Below, piece by piece: positions 23,691 to 36,052 of a DNA stretch of 64,000 nt (position 1 is the first letter of the stretch; the number at the start of each line of letters is the position of its first letter). The DNA is from Camelus dromedarius (Eukaryota), in assembly GCF_036321535.1 (NCBI RefSeq), contig NC_087436.1:122142001-122206000 (forward strand), written 5' to 3'. The translations under genes and the position numbers were made by a program. The notes below the pieces were generated by a model. It had not been told where the DNA came from and made no database searches. It saw only the letters and a list, made by a program, of their open reading frames with translations.

Positions 23691-24571
23691 CATGAAGTAC
23701 CGGGCAGGAAGTAATCCGCTTCGGGTTCCCATTCAGCTGGCCACTCACGAAGGCGGCTTGAGAAGCTCGCTTCTGCGCTTGGTCCTGTGTCTGCCTTCCT
23801 GCGTTTTATTATCTCAAACTAGATTTGGGGAGAACTTCAAAAATAAGAAGCTTTTGATATTTGCACGATGGTGGCCCCTAATTCCCTACCAGCGCAGCAA
23901 TCCAGCACTTGTGACTTATACTGTAATTAGTTGCTTTGGAAATGGCTTTTATGTTCCAAACAGAGGACTGGAATAGCACATGGTAAAACAGCAGCAAGAT
24001 CAAACACACTCTTAAGAATGTTTGTTTCATGTAAATGCCTTATTTTTTTGAAGCACAAAAAGCAAAAAGGCAATTCGATGTTATTTTCTGAAATATTTAG
24101 TAGCATTTTCAGAGAATAACAGTTTTCTTGAACAACCTTTGAGAATATGTAGATTGTATACAAAAATGGAGGCTTGGAAGAAGTCTTAGAGATGCTCTGC
24201 AAAGCTATGACGTGACCAATGAAAGCCTGGAGCCCAGCGCGCTGGGCCGGCCCATGGGGTAGCGCAGAGCCGCGTCCGGGGCTCAGAGCCGCCTGCTCCA
24301 GTGCCAGCGTGTCCTGGTGCCCGCGGAGGACGCAGCCGGTCTGCACTGAGGCGGCCTTCCTCGCAGGAATCATTACATATGTGCCCAGTCAGGTGGTTTC
24401 CTAGAAGTTTTACAAAGTGCAGATAAAAAGCATTTCTTATCTGTTGTACATTCACCTCAACATTTTCAGACTGAAACTTAAAAAATAACTGTTCACTGGA
24501 GAATATACTAGTTTTTCTTCTGCTTAAGACTTTTCTTGGGTGCTTTTCTAAGCTGTTCCCTCGTAAAGCAG

Positions 24572-26580
24572 GTGTGGTGCTGGGGGCCGCTCCCCATCCC
24601 TGGGGGAAGGCGGTGCTTCCCTACCCGGGAGGTGGCAGACTCGGGCGTGTGGCTTGCTCTGGCTAATAAAATGTACTCAGAAGTGACGTGTGTCTCCGAA
24701 GCTGAGGCTTTCAGAAACTGCACGCGGCTCCTCTTGCTCTGTTTTCTCACGTGGCCGCAGCTGCACAGTTGGCAGAGGCCGTGCCGTCATCCTGCGTTAC
24801 AAATGGTGGACCAGCCTGTGACGGAAGGCTGGTGAAGGTGAGAGAGAAAGCATTCTTGCTGTAGGCAGTGAGGTTTCAGAGTGCTGCAGAAAGGCAGGAT
24901 ACCGTGGCCCTCCATGGTGTCTACCAGACTTAGTGCCAGAAGTAAGGGGCTGCCACTGTGAACCCCAAAGCATGTGGCACTGGCTTCGGGGCCAGGTGAC
25001 GGGAGATGCTTGGGGCCAGTGGGGAGATGTTTATTGGAGCCTGGAGGATTTACCTGGTAAATGGTGTAACATTTGATAAAACTGCCACCTGTGATAGCTT
25101 GTGAAGCGGGTAATTCCCTGCAGAGCTGAGCCTTGGGCAGAGTGGCCAACAGGGCGCTGGAACGTGCTTCGGTTGCTGTTGTCTGCATGCGACAAGGTAT
25201 TGTAAGAAACAAACTCGGAAAAGAACTGGCCGGTGTTACACGTCAGAATGGGAAGGAATAAGGAGATTCCAGAAAATTGGAGTTTTACACATTTGTATAT
25301 AGAAATGATTCTCATGCCCAACCAGCAAAAGATGAATTTGAAAAGTGCTTTGAGCAACAAGGCCAATTAAAACACTGCCTTTAACAAATTAAAGGTATGG
25401 TTTCAGTGCCCACTGTTAACATCTCCGAAAGAATTAGGGTAGCATCCATAAATCCTTATGGTTAGACAGCATGGCTCTGGAAGGAAGAGACTAACGGTAG
25501 CTTTCCTGCAGGTTCCGAAGCTTCAGACGCCTGTGGTGCAGTCTGGACAGAGGATGCGTCTCTAAATGAGGTGTGGGTGTGTCTGTGGGCACATGCAGCC
25601 GACTGGAGTCAGATAGAACGGATGGTGCTTTCTGAGAGCTATGCTTCCCCAAGAGCCCCCAGCCAGGGCTAAAAGACACTGATTGCTTGAGACCTAAAGC
25701 AAACCTTGGGCGCCATGTTTTCTATGGGCAAGAAGCAGTCTGAGAAATATGCTCACTCTGCCAAGGAAAGAAAGTCCTTCAGTGCCCGCTTACATGTGGC
25801 CAAGAAAGACAGCGGACAAGGAAGTCCCGGCAGTGGAGCAAACGGCCTTGGAAAGCAAGGGACTGAGCAAGGGCATCTCACCCCCTCGAGAAGGCCCCTC
25901 AGCACCTGCCCGGTGAGACTGCAGTTGCCCTGGACCGGTGGCGCCCACGTGTCTCCCACCCCTCCCCTTTCCAAATAGGAGCATTTGTGTGGTCATCCTG
26001 TCCCTGCCCCACCACTGCATGTCACATGTGTGGAGTGAAAGGTGGACTTGACCTTTTAGTTCACTGGCCTCCAGATCAAGAGGAGCCCCAACAGGACCTG
26101 ATATGAAGATGATCACAAAACCCTGAAGCCCCATCAGGTGAGACTTTGGATCGTCTCCCTTGGCAAGGGGGAGGAAGGCAGACACATGCAATCAGAAGGG
26201 TGGGCGTGGTAGAATGTATTATTGTCTGGAAGCATTTGTTATTCCTCTGTAGAGGAAGCCTGTGCTCCCTTGTTCATCGTCATCGACTCAGGCTCGGCCA
26301 CGTGACCTGCAACCAACGACCTGTGAACAGAAGTGATACTTGTCTCGGATGGGTGAAAATTTAAGAGCCAGCACGTGGTTATGCGTATTTTCCTCTTCCT
26401 CTGCCATGACGGCCGTCAGTGTTCCAGATGTAGGCTGGCTCTACTCCTGAATCACAGAACACAGATTCCACGGAGCAGAGCCTCTGCTCACCCATGGTGG
26501 ACGTGCCACATGAACAAGAAGTGAGCGCCTGTTTGTTTGTGTTAGCCTCTGAGCAGAGCCTAGCCTGTCCTTACTGTGCA
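24572..26580 (+). mobile_element. MaLR (MLT1H/I/J-like) relic: LTR, internal region, LTR
   Basis: Two LTR-like segments (about 24572-24925 and 26204-26580) share the core AATAAAATGTACTCAGAAGTGACGTGTGTC / CCTGTGAACAGAAGTGATACTTGTC. The internal region starts GACTTAGTGCCAGAAGTAAGGGGCTGC. Purine-rich GAAGGGTGGG precedes the 3' LTR, which ends CCTAGCCTGTCCTTACTGTGCA. Confidence 0.6.
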
Positions 26581-27039
26581 GCAAAGAGGCAGCCACTCGT
26601 TTTGTCAACATTTATGTACGTTTCTGTAAAAGATGAGTCTGAATACCGCATCTTACCTGCTTCGTTACTGAGTTGTTCTGGGCTTCAGTAATCTCGGAGT
26701 AAGCAGATGAGCGTTGCAGAGAATCACATGAGTGCTCCAGGTACTCTCGGCGGACTTTCAGTGACACCCGAGATACTCTCTGCCTGGAAGGCCAGCTTCG
26801 TAGGGCAGCTCTGTTGCATTGCTGCTGAAGACTCTCCTGGGAACATCGTGGCGTAGGGACCTCGTCGCCCGGCCACGTGGTGGTGGAAGCAAGTTCACAG
26901 CTGCACTCCCTTGAAAGTTAGTGTGACTTCCCCCCCCTCCCCCGATGCACACCTCGTCCTGTGCTGGAGTATGTGTCCTGAAACATAGCTACTTTGGTTT
27001 TCTAAATTTGTAATTCATGAGAAAATTAAAAGATGAATT

Positions 27040-29470
27040 TCTAGCTAAGATATAAAAAAATGACAAGAGCATATTGCTCTAACCCTAACAATCAAACCAA
27101 GATAAGTAGACTATAAAATCGGTTTTTCTAAACTCACCAGAGAGCTGAGGATACAGCTAAGTCAGCGGAGCTCCAGAAAGTGATGAGCCCTTCGCCAAAA
27201 AGAAGCAGCTCCTGGCTCCCCTCACCCCCGGTGGAGTGGCAGGAAGGAGAGGCCAGCTAAGCCTTAATCACACGGGGGCTGGGGTGACAGGAGTCCAAAA
27301 AGCCCCAGGTACGGATTCCATCATTCATCAGCTCATTCCCATGAGTCCTCACGAAGTGTCTAGGGCCAAAGCTGGGGGCAGGGCAGGGCAGCTGAGACAA
27401 ATCGACCCAAGGTGTTCTGAACCGTCATCTGCTAAGGGCTGCTCTAGGGCAGAAGCCTGGGAGAAAGCCCTCCAGGACGCCTGGCAGAGGCCCGCTCCCT
27501 GGTGCGGAAGCTGGGGTGGGGCTGAAGGGCACACTGCTCTTCTTAGCAACCCAGAGAGCGACCAACTGCTGCTTTGTGATGCAAAAAGAGATCTTCTGTG
27601 GCCCGAAGCACTGACAGCTTAACTACAGAGCTCCAGGAAGCCCTGCAGTTGTGCCAGTTCTCAGACTCTAGACCCCTCAGAAGGGAAAAATATTTGGCCC
27701 CACTCTCAAAATATTCCAAACCAATAGTGAACTGAATCAAACTAAAATTGCAATAAAGTCCAGACCCAGCCCAACCACAGATCAAGTTGACTGCTCCCGA
27801 CTCTAATACCCGACATAAGAAATGGCAGGTCGTTTTTAGGAAGTGAATATTTACTTAAGTCTCTACTGTCCTTTTATGCAAAATGTCTAGCAAATAATTT
27901 TTTTTTTTAATTTTAAGAAAGACCTAAGAAGAAGTAAGAAAATATGAGTTTTGACCAAGAAAGTAAGCAAACAATAGAAGTCAGCCAAAGAGATGGCCCA
28001 GGTATTGGAACTACCAGAAGAAATATTTTGAATTATGATAAAAAAAATACTAAAGGATCTAAATAAACAGGTAGACAATATGTGTTGAGATGGCTAATTT
28101 TAAGAGAGATGTGAAAACTGTAGAAAGAATGCAAATAGAATTGTAAGAGATGAAAATCCAGTATCGAAACTGAAGAATCCATTGTTCAGCTTCACAGCAG
28201 ACTGACTCAGTATAGGAAAGAATCCATGAACTTGAAGACAGGCCAACAGAAAGTGTCCAAAATGAAATATAAAGAGAAAAGAAGTGATAAACAAAGAGAG
28301 TCCAAGATCAATAGTCGGATCAGTCAATGTCAAATGGTCTAATCTGTGCAAATTTGACATCTCACAAGGACAGAGAGAATGAGGTGGAAGAAATAGTTGA
28401 AGGTATAATGGCTGAGAACTTTCCCAAATTGATTAAATAACCCAATCTACATATTCAAAATGCTCAACAAGGCCTAAATATGTTAAAAACAAAGAAAACT
28501 GCACATTAGGCACATTTAAGTCAAACCCATGAAAACCAAAGATAAAGAGAACCTTGAAAGCCACCAGAGAACGTATACAAAGAACAATACAAACTACAAC
28601 TAACTTTTTCCAGAAACAGCAGAGACCAGAAGATAATGGAACAGCCAGCCTTACCATGCTGAAAGAAACACTCAGTCTAAATTTCCATGCCCAGAAATCA
28701 GCTTTCAAAAATTAAGGCAAAATGGAGACAATTTAAGATTTACAGAATTTTAAAGAATTTGTCTCAGTAGACCTGCTCTACTAGAAATAGTAAAAGAAGT
28801 TCTTCAGGCTCAAGAGAAATGATAAAAGAGCACCGGAACAGGTAAATGTCAGGGTAAGTATTAAAAAAAAAACTTAACCTTTATTTTACATAGTTTATTT
28901 TATATATGCTTTATATGGTTCTATAGGTAGCTTCTATAGAATTTTGAATTCTTGAAAAGATTTAAGGTTTTTTTTGAAGGTATAGCATAGAAGTAAAATA
29001 TAAGGCACTAAAAAGTACAAAAGGTGGGAAGGGGAGTAAATGCAGTTACACCATTTTCAGGTCCTTACACTGTTGGTCAAGTACTGTAATATTATTTAAA
29101 GGTAGACTATGATGACTTAAGGATGCATGTTGCAATTTCTTGAGCAGCCTCTAAAACAACTCCAAAAGAAGTATAGCTTAAAAAATCAATGGAGGCAACA
29201 AAATGGGATATTAAAAAATACGTGATTCATCCAAAGGAATTCAAGAAAGGAGAGACAGAACAAAATGCAAATGGGGTAAATGAAAATCAAATACCGAGAT
29301 GGGAAGCTTACACTGCAAAACAGAGAGTGTTACTAGAAATAAAGAGGAACATCTCATAGTGAGGGAAGACTGACTCATCAAGGAGACCCACAGTCCTCTA
29401 TCTGAATGTGCCTAATAAGAGAATTCTAGAATACTTGAAGCAGAAATTGACAGAACTAAAGAGAGAAATA
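27040..29470 (+). mobile_element. Old L1 5' region (5'UTR, ORF1, start of ORF2), sense
   Basis: GAGATGGCCCAGGTATTGGAACTACCAG and GAAATAGTTGAAGGTATAATGGCTGAGAACTTTCCCAAATT (EEIMAENFP of ORF1). ORF2 endonuclease-like AATGTGCCTAATAAGAGAATTCTAGAATACTTGAAGCAGAAATTGACAGAAC. Confidence 0.75.
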
Positions 29471-29526
29471 GGATTTTCATTTCATTCATTCATTGAAGAA
29501 GTCTTACTGTGTTTCCCAGAAAGGAA

Positions 29527-30455
29527 TTTTTTTTTTTTACATTTTTTATTGAGCTATAGTCATTTTACAATGTGGTGTCAAATTCCAGTGTAGAGCACAA
29601 TTTTTCAGTTATACATGAACATACGTACATTCATTGTCGCATTCTTTTTCTCTGTGAGCCACCACAGGATCCTGTATGTATTTCCCTGTGCTACACAGTA
29701 CAATCTTGTTTATCTATTCTACATTTTCAAATCCCAATCTGTCCCTTCCCACCCGCCGCCCCCTTGTCAACCACAAGTTTGTATTCTATGTCTATGAGTC
29801 TGTTTCTGTTTTGTATTTATATTTTGTTTTGCTTTGTTTTGTTTTGTTTTGTTTTAGATTCCACATATGAGGGATCTCATATGGTATTTTTCTTTCTCTT
29901 TCTGGCTTACTTCACTTAGAATGACATTCTCTAGGAACATCCATGTTGCTGCAAATGGCATTATGTTGTCAGTTTTTATGGCTGAATAGTATTCCATTGT
30001 ATAAGTATACCACATCTTCTTTATCCAGTCATCTGTCGATGGGCATTTAGGCTGTTTCCATGTCTTGGCTATTGTAAATAGTGCTGTTGTGAACATTGGG
30101 GTGCAGGTGTCATTTTGAAGTAGGGTTCCTTCTGGATATGTGCCCAGGAGCGGGATTCCTGGGTCATATGGTAAGTCTATTCCTAGTCTTCTGAGGAATC
30201 TCCATACTGTTTTCCACAGTGGCTGCACCAATTTACATTTCCACTAACAGTGCAGGAGGATTCCCCTTTTTCCACATCCTCCCCAACACTTGTTATTTGT
30301 TGTCTTTTTGATAATAGCCATTCTGACAGGTGTGAAGTGATATCTATTGTGGTTTTGATTTGCATTTCCTGAGGATTAGTGATGTTGAGCATCTTTTCAT
30401 GTGCCTGTTGGCCCTTTGCATTTCCCTTTTGGAAAAAGTCTATTCAGATCTTCTG
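29527..30455 (-). mobile_element. Relatively young L1 3' end, antisense
   Basis: PolyT at 29527-29538 with TTTATT. Uninterrupted ORF2 C-terminus at 29854-30231 ([29 protein letters not shown]...EYYSAIK...LSEVSQKEKEKYHM). Internal (GTTTT)n at about 29822-29854. Confidence 0.92.
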
Positions 30456-30465
30456 CTCATTGTTT

Positions 30466-30564
30466 TCTGTTTGTTTGTTTGTTTGTTTTAATGAGGGGGA
30501 GGTAATTTTGTTTATTCATTGATTTCTGCTTGGAGGAGGTTCTGGGGATTGAACCCTTCCCCCC
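30466..30564 (-). mobile_element. Shortened tRNA-Ala-derived SINE
   Basis: (TTTG)n tail, body GGGGGAGGTAATTTTG...GGAGGTTCTGGGGATTGAACCC directly joined to TTCCCCCC. TSD GCTCATTGTTT (30455-30465) / GCCCATTGTTT (30565-30575). Confidence 0.8.
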
Positions 30565-30589
30565 GCCCATTGTTTAATTAAGTTGTTAA

Positions 30590-33500
30590 AATGTTCTCCA
30601 GCTCTAGTAACGTGTCTTGACATAAAGCCTTCACTGTCTGATCCCTTCCACACAGGCTTTTTTGGTTAGTTTCTTTATCATAGATCTTTTTTCCATCTTT
30701 TTACTGTCAACCTTTCTGTGTTTCTGTGTTTGTGGTGTATCTTTTCTAGGCAGTGTTTTTAAAATGTAATTCAGTCCAAAAATCTTTGTCACTAAACTGG
30801 AGTGTCTTGCTCACTTACACATAAGGTAATTACTGGTGTGTTTAGCTGTATCTCCTCTAAGTATTGTTTTCTTTTTTTTTTTTTTTTTTAAGTATCGTTT
30901 TCTAATTGGCCTACTTTTTTTTTTCCATTTTTCAGTTTTATTAGGTAGAATTGTTACAATTTGATTGCAAATATACAATATATTGCATGTAAATACATAT
31001 ATACAATATACTGCACATATTTTGTAAATTTACATATATGTACTATTCATTGTTTCTAAGAATGTTTAGTGATTTAGCTTTTTAAACTTACATAATTATC
31101 AAAGGAATAAAGCCAACCATAAAATAAGAATTAATTCAAAAAGATACATACACCCCACTATTAACAGCAACATTATTTATAATTATCAAGACATGGAAGC
31201 GTCCTAAGTGCACGTTGATAGATGAATGGATAAAGAAGGTGCAGCATATATATGTAATGGAATACAACTCACTCATAATAAAGAAGAATATTTTGCCATT
31301 TGCAGCCCTGCGTTCACTTTTTTTTTTTCTCTTCAAAAAACAGAATTTTATAACTGGCATAAATATTTCCATTGCATCAAAAATAACAAAATACCTAGAA
31401 ATAAACTTAACCAAGGAGGTTATTTATACTCTGAAAACTGTAAAATATTGATGAAGGAAATTGAAGGAGATACCAAAGAAATGGAAAGGTATCTTGTGCT
31501 CTTGGATTGGAAGAACCAACATTATCAAAATGGTCGTACTGCCCAAAGCAATCTATGGATCTGATGCAACCCCTGTCAAAATACAACATTTTTCCCAGAA
31601 TTAGAACAAACAGTTCCAAAATTTATATGGAACCATAAACGACCCAGAACTGCCAAAGCAATCTTTTGCAAGTCTGTTTTTTTCTCTCTTTCTTCTTTTT
31701 AGTTCTCTTTCCTTATGGTTTGATGACTAGAGAAGGTCCTTTAACATTTGTTGCAAAGCTGGCTTGGTGGTGCTGAAATCTTCTAGCTTTCGTTTATCTG
31801 TGAAGCTTTTGATTTCTCCATCAAGTCTGAACAAGAGCCTTGCTGGATAGAGTGTTCTTGATTGTAGATTTTCCCCTTTCATCACTTTAAATATATTTTG
31901 CCACTCCCTTCTGGCCTCTAGAGTTTCTGCTGAAAAATCAGCTGATAACCTTATGGGAGTTCCCTTGTATGTTATTTGTTGCTTTTGTCTTGCTAATTTT
32001 AATATTTTCTCCTTATCCTTAACTTTTGTCCATTTGATGACTGTGTGCCTTCATGTGTTCCTCTTTGGGCTGATCCTGTGTGATACTTTCTGCGCTTCCA
32101 GGGCTTGGATGACTGTTTCCTTTCCCAAGTGGGGGCAGTTTTCGGTTATTACCTCTTCAAAAATTTCCTCAGGTCCTTTCTCCCTCCTTCTCTTCCTGGG
32201 ACCCTGTAATGCGAATATTAGTGCACTTCATGTTGTCCCAGAGTGCTCTTAAACGATCCTCATTCCTTTCATTCTTCTTTCTTTTTTCTGTTCTGCAGTA
32301 GTGATTCCCACTAATCTGTCTTCTAGCTCACTGATCCCTTCTTCTGCCCCATTTAGTCTGTTCTTGGTTCCTTCTGGTGTATTGTTTATTTCAGCGATTT
32401 TATTCTTCAACTCTGTTTGGGTATTCTTTATATTTTCCAACTCTGCTAAAAACTTCACTCTGTGCTTCTGTACTCCTCTTGAGTTCTCTGAACATCTTCA
32501 CCATCATTACTTTAATCTCTTTCTCAGATAAATTGCCTGTCTCCTCATCACTTAGTTCTTCTTCTTAACCTTGGTCTGGGAGTACTCCTCTGCCACCTCA
32601 TATTGTTTATCTTTCAGTGTGTATTTTTAGGTAGGTTAGTTAGCGTTTCTCGACCTTGGAGAGGTGGCCCTCTGTGGGAGACGTCCTGTGCGTCCCTGCA
32701 GTACACTCCTCTCTTGTCAGACAAGGGCCAGGGTCCAGCAGGTCCCAGGTTAGAGCCTGGCCTGTGTTTGTGGATTCCTTCCACAGGCTTTGGGCTTGTT
32801 GTTTTCTTATTTCTGGTATCTGCTCCCTGGTGGATGAGGCTGGACCAGAGGCCTTTGTGGCTCAGGGGGTCTGCTGCTGGGTGGGGCTGTGCTCCCACCC
32901 AGTGTGCTGTTTGGTCTGAGGCTTCCCCACAGGCTGTTGGGTGGCGCTTGGTCTTGGTGCTAATGATCCAGTCGAGATGTCAGCCTCTAGGAAAGCTCAT
33001 GTAGATGAACATCCCAGAATGTCTGCCACCAGCTTCTATGTCCCCTGAGTGAGCTGCAGCCGTCCATCCCATACGTCCCCAGGAGACCCTCCAAAACCAG
33101 CAGGCAGGCCTGTCCCAGGTTCCTGTGAAATCGCTGCCTCTGCCCTTGGACCTGGCGCACGTGAGGTTCTGTGTATGCTTCCCAAGAGAATGAAGTCACT
33201 GTTTCCCCAGTCCCATGGGGCTCCTGGAGCTACGCCCCACCGGCCTTCAAAACCAAATATCCTGGGGTCTCCTCCTCCCAGTGCTGTAACCCGGGCTAAG
33301 GAGCCTGAGATGGGGCTCAGAGCTCTCACTCCTTTGGGGAGGCCTCTCCGACTTAACTCTTCTTCAGCTGTGGGTCGCCCACCCGGGGGTATGGGCCTGA
33401 TTATATCACGAACACGCCCCTCCTGCCGTCCTGCTGTGGTCCCCTCTTTGTGTTTCCAGTTGAAGACGATCTTCTTTGCTAGGTTCCAGTCTTTTCTCAA

Positions 33501-34270
33501 TGGTTGTCTAGCAGTCAGTTGTGGATTTGTCGTCGTCGCGAGGCAGGGTGAGCTGTGGTCCTACCACTCCGCCATCCCGACCGGAACTGCCCTATTTGTC
33601 CTACTTTTTCTAGGCTTCTTTTTCTCTCTCTTTCTACCTCTTTTTGAGTTAAGTGTTTTTGTTATGTCATTTTCCCCTCTATTACTTTGTTAATTATACA
33701 TTCTTTCGCTAATTTTTAGAAACTGTTCTAGAGATTATTAGAAGCATCTTTCACTTCTAAAAATGTAATATAAAGTTGTACTTTTACCATTTCTCAGACT
33801 ATATAACACTTTAACTCCATTTATCTCCCCTCCTGCCTTTTGTACTATTGTTTTAATATATTTTAATTCTACATATATTTTGAACAACACAAAACATGAT
33901 AGGGTTTTGTACAGTCAGCATTTGTTTTATCATTACTTATAAGATTCCTTCCCATTGTTCTTTTTGTACTGTTCCTTTTTTTCCCCTTTTATCTGTGGTT
34001 TGATGTCTTTCATCAGCTTTGGAAACTTCTCAGTCATCTTCTCTTTAAATATTGCTTCTCCTCCCATCTTTCTTGTCTCCTTCTAGGACTATGGTTATAT
34101 GCACCTTAGAACTTTTCACCGTGTTCCATGTGTCTCTTGTGGTACGTGGAAGTTTAACTGTTAGAGACCTTACCTGTTTGAAAATGTCTCACATTTGGTT
34201 GATAATTTGGCTGGAGATAGAGTTCTATATTGGAGATGGTTTTCCTTCAGATTTCTGAAGGCAGTGTTCC
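30590..34270 (-). mobile_element. Old antisense L1 host (30590-30914 and 33592-34270), split by a later insertion
   Basis: Joining the flanks at the TSD restores continuous old-L1-like text: TATTGTTTTCTA(A/T)TTG(G/T)CCTACTTTTTCTAGGCTTCTTTTTCTC... Confidence 0.6.
30915..33591 (-). mobile_element. Half-L1 (HAL1)-like composite retroposon: L1 5'UTR, ORF1 relic, inverted L1 pieces, polyA signal and tail
   Basis: TSD CTAATTGGCCTACTTTTT (30902-30919) / CTATTTGTCCTACTTTTT (33592-33609), 16/18 identical. The minus strand begins GGCAGTTCCGGTCGGGATGGCGGAG (L1 5' terminus). ORF1 coiled coil ELENIKNTQTELKNKIAEINNT...ISELEDRL and C-terminus ...FSTTKPALQQMLKDLL* (stop at about 31727). AATAAA on the minus strand near 30937-30942, tail at 30915-30924. 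Confidence 0.8.
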
Positions 34271-36052
34271 CTTGTAATATTTCATGGGGGTTTTTCTTCA
34301 TTTGCCAGAAGTTTTTCTTCTCAACGAGTCTCTTCCAAGGACTGCCTCTTGCAATAAGAGGTCATCATGTACAACTCTGTGCTAATTGTAAGTTTTAATG
34401 ATATGAATGATTTTCTAGGAAAATACTAATTACCTACGAGGATTCAAGAAAATGCAGAAAGCCCAAAAGACCAATAAGGAAACAGAAGAAGAAGGAAGAA
34501 CTACACTTCTACAACCATCAAAAAAGCATCTTGGCCAAATAGTGCTTTCAAACCTCTAAAGAACAGATGGTTCGAGCTGGTCCTGAGTCTGGAACATGAA
34601 GTGCCCACACGTCACTCTAGGGGCATCACGCCCGGTCAGGAAGGCAGGACGGCTTCCTAAGGAAAGCAGGCTGACAGACTACAAATGCCCACTGAAGGCA
34701 AAGCGACGACATGGTCTTCAGTCTCCTCTTGTCTGCTGTGTCACCGCCCTGTTCACAATCGTAATCATAACAGCAAGTCCGTCTCTGAAAACGAGATTGT
34801 CTCCGATGTCCTGTTTTTCCTATTTCCTCCAGTCACCATCAGGGGAGCTGAATGCTTTCCCGTCCACCTGTGTGCTCCCTGTTCTCAGACCGAAACAGAG
34901 TTCACACAGGGCAGCCGCCTCCCCTCGTTAGGCCTCACCTCCCCACAGTGCTTACTGGGCCCTCCAGCTTTGGGATAATCCCCTCCTACCACGGAAACAA
35001 AAGCAGTAGGGAGCCAGTGCCGCTGGGCCCTCCAGTGTCTGTGGCCTCCAGAGGGTTGTGAGATGTGCCGAGTTGGCCGTGACCAAAGAGCCTGGCCCTG
35101 CAGGTCTGGAGTCGAGGGAGGAACCCGGTGGGCACGCTCTCTCAGTGAGGCTGAAGGAGGCTTGGGGGCCACCACCGTTTGCCCCCAGGTACCCCTCACC
35201 GGACACAGGCCACATCTCTGAGCCACAACTCAAGAAGCGTGCTAGTTGGGACTTTAGGAGGTGACATCCTGAACTCACTGCCTTCCAGGTTTGATCTGCC
35301 CTCCCTCTGCTCGGGCTGCCGACCACACCCCAGCTGCTGGGCGCAGCCCACCTTTGCTGGCCATGCCGTGGCATCCAGGCTGGCGGCCTGGCCCAGCAGC
35401 CCCGTGGGAGGCAGTGCAGCTCTTTGGCCTCCTCTCCCCTGTGGGAGTCTGACTTATCCGCCCTGGCCCCTGAGGTGGGCCCTTGTGAGCCTGCTGTGCC
35501 CCTGGTGCAGAGCTGCCCCTTCTCTGCTCCGTCTCTGCCGGGCACTCGCAGGCCTGATTGCCGTCTCTCCCCTCCCTGTCAGCTGCCCAGCGACGGCCTC
35601 TGGTGTATGTGGCAAAGTCAAGCAGAGGTTTGACAGAGGATTTAGAAAGAATTTCACTTGCCTCATTTTTGAACAGATCACGTTTCATTTTTCTTCTCAC
35701 CAAGGGAACTGGAATCCAGGTTTGGCTTCATTGAATTGGGGAACCTCTGACCTCTTGCCTCTCTGACACCCTGGCCTCCAGGACACCCACCGTGACTGTA
35801 TCCATCTATTGTTAGTCGGCCAAGGGCGTGAGGGAGGGGGGCATTTTGTTCCTCACGCTGCATCCAAGTCACAGCTTCCACTCAGCTTGTCTTCCTTTGC
35901 CAGATGGTCATTCCTGTCCATTCTTCTGTCTCTGCCTCTGCCTCCCCCGTGCACACACTTGCATGCTTTTGATTCCTGTTCGTTTTTTTGTTTTTTGTTT
36001 TCAAAACCTTGATCTCATTGTATAAGCTTTTTAAATACTTTACAGTTCATAT

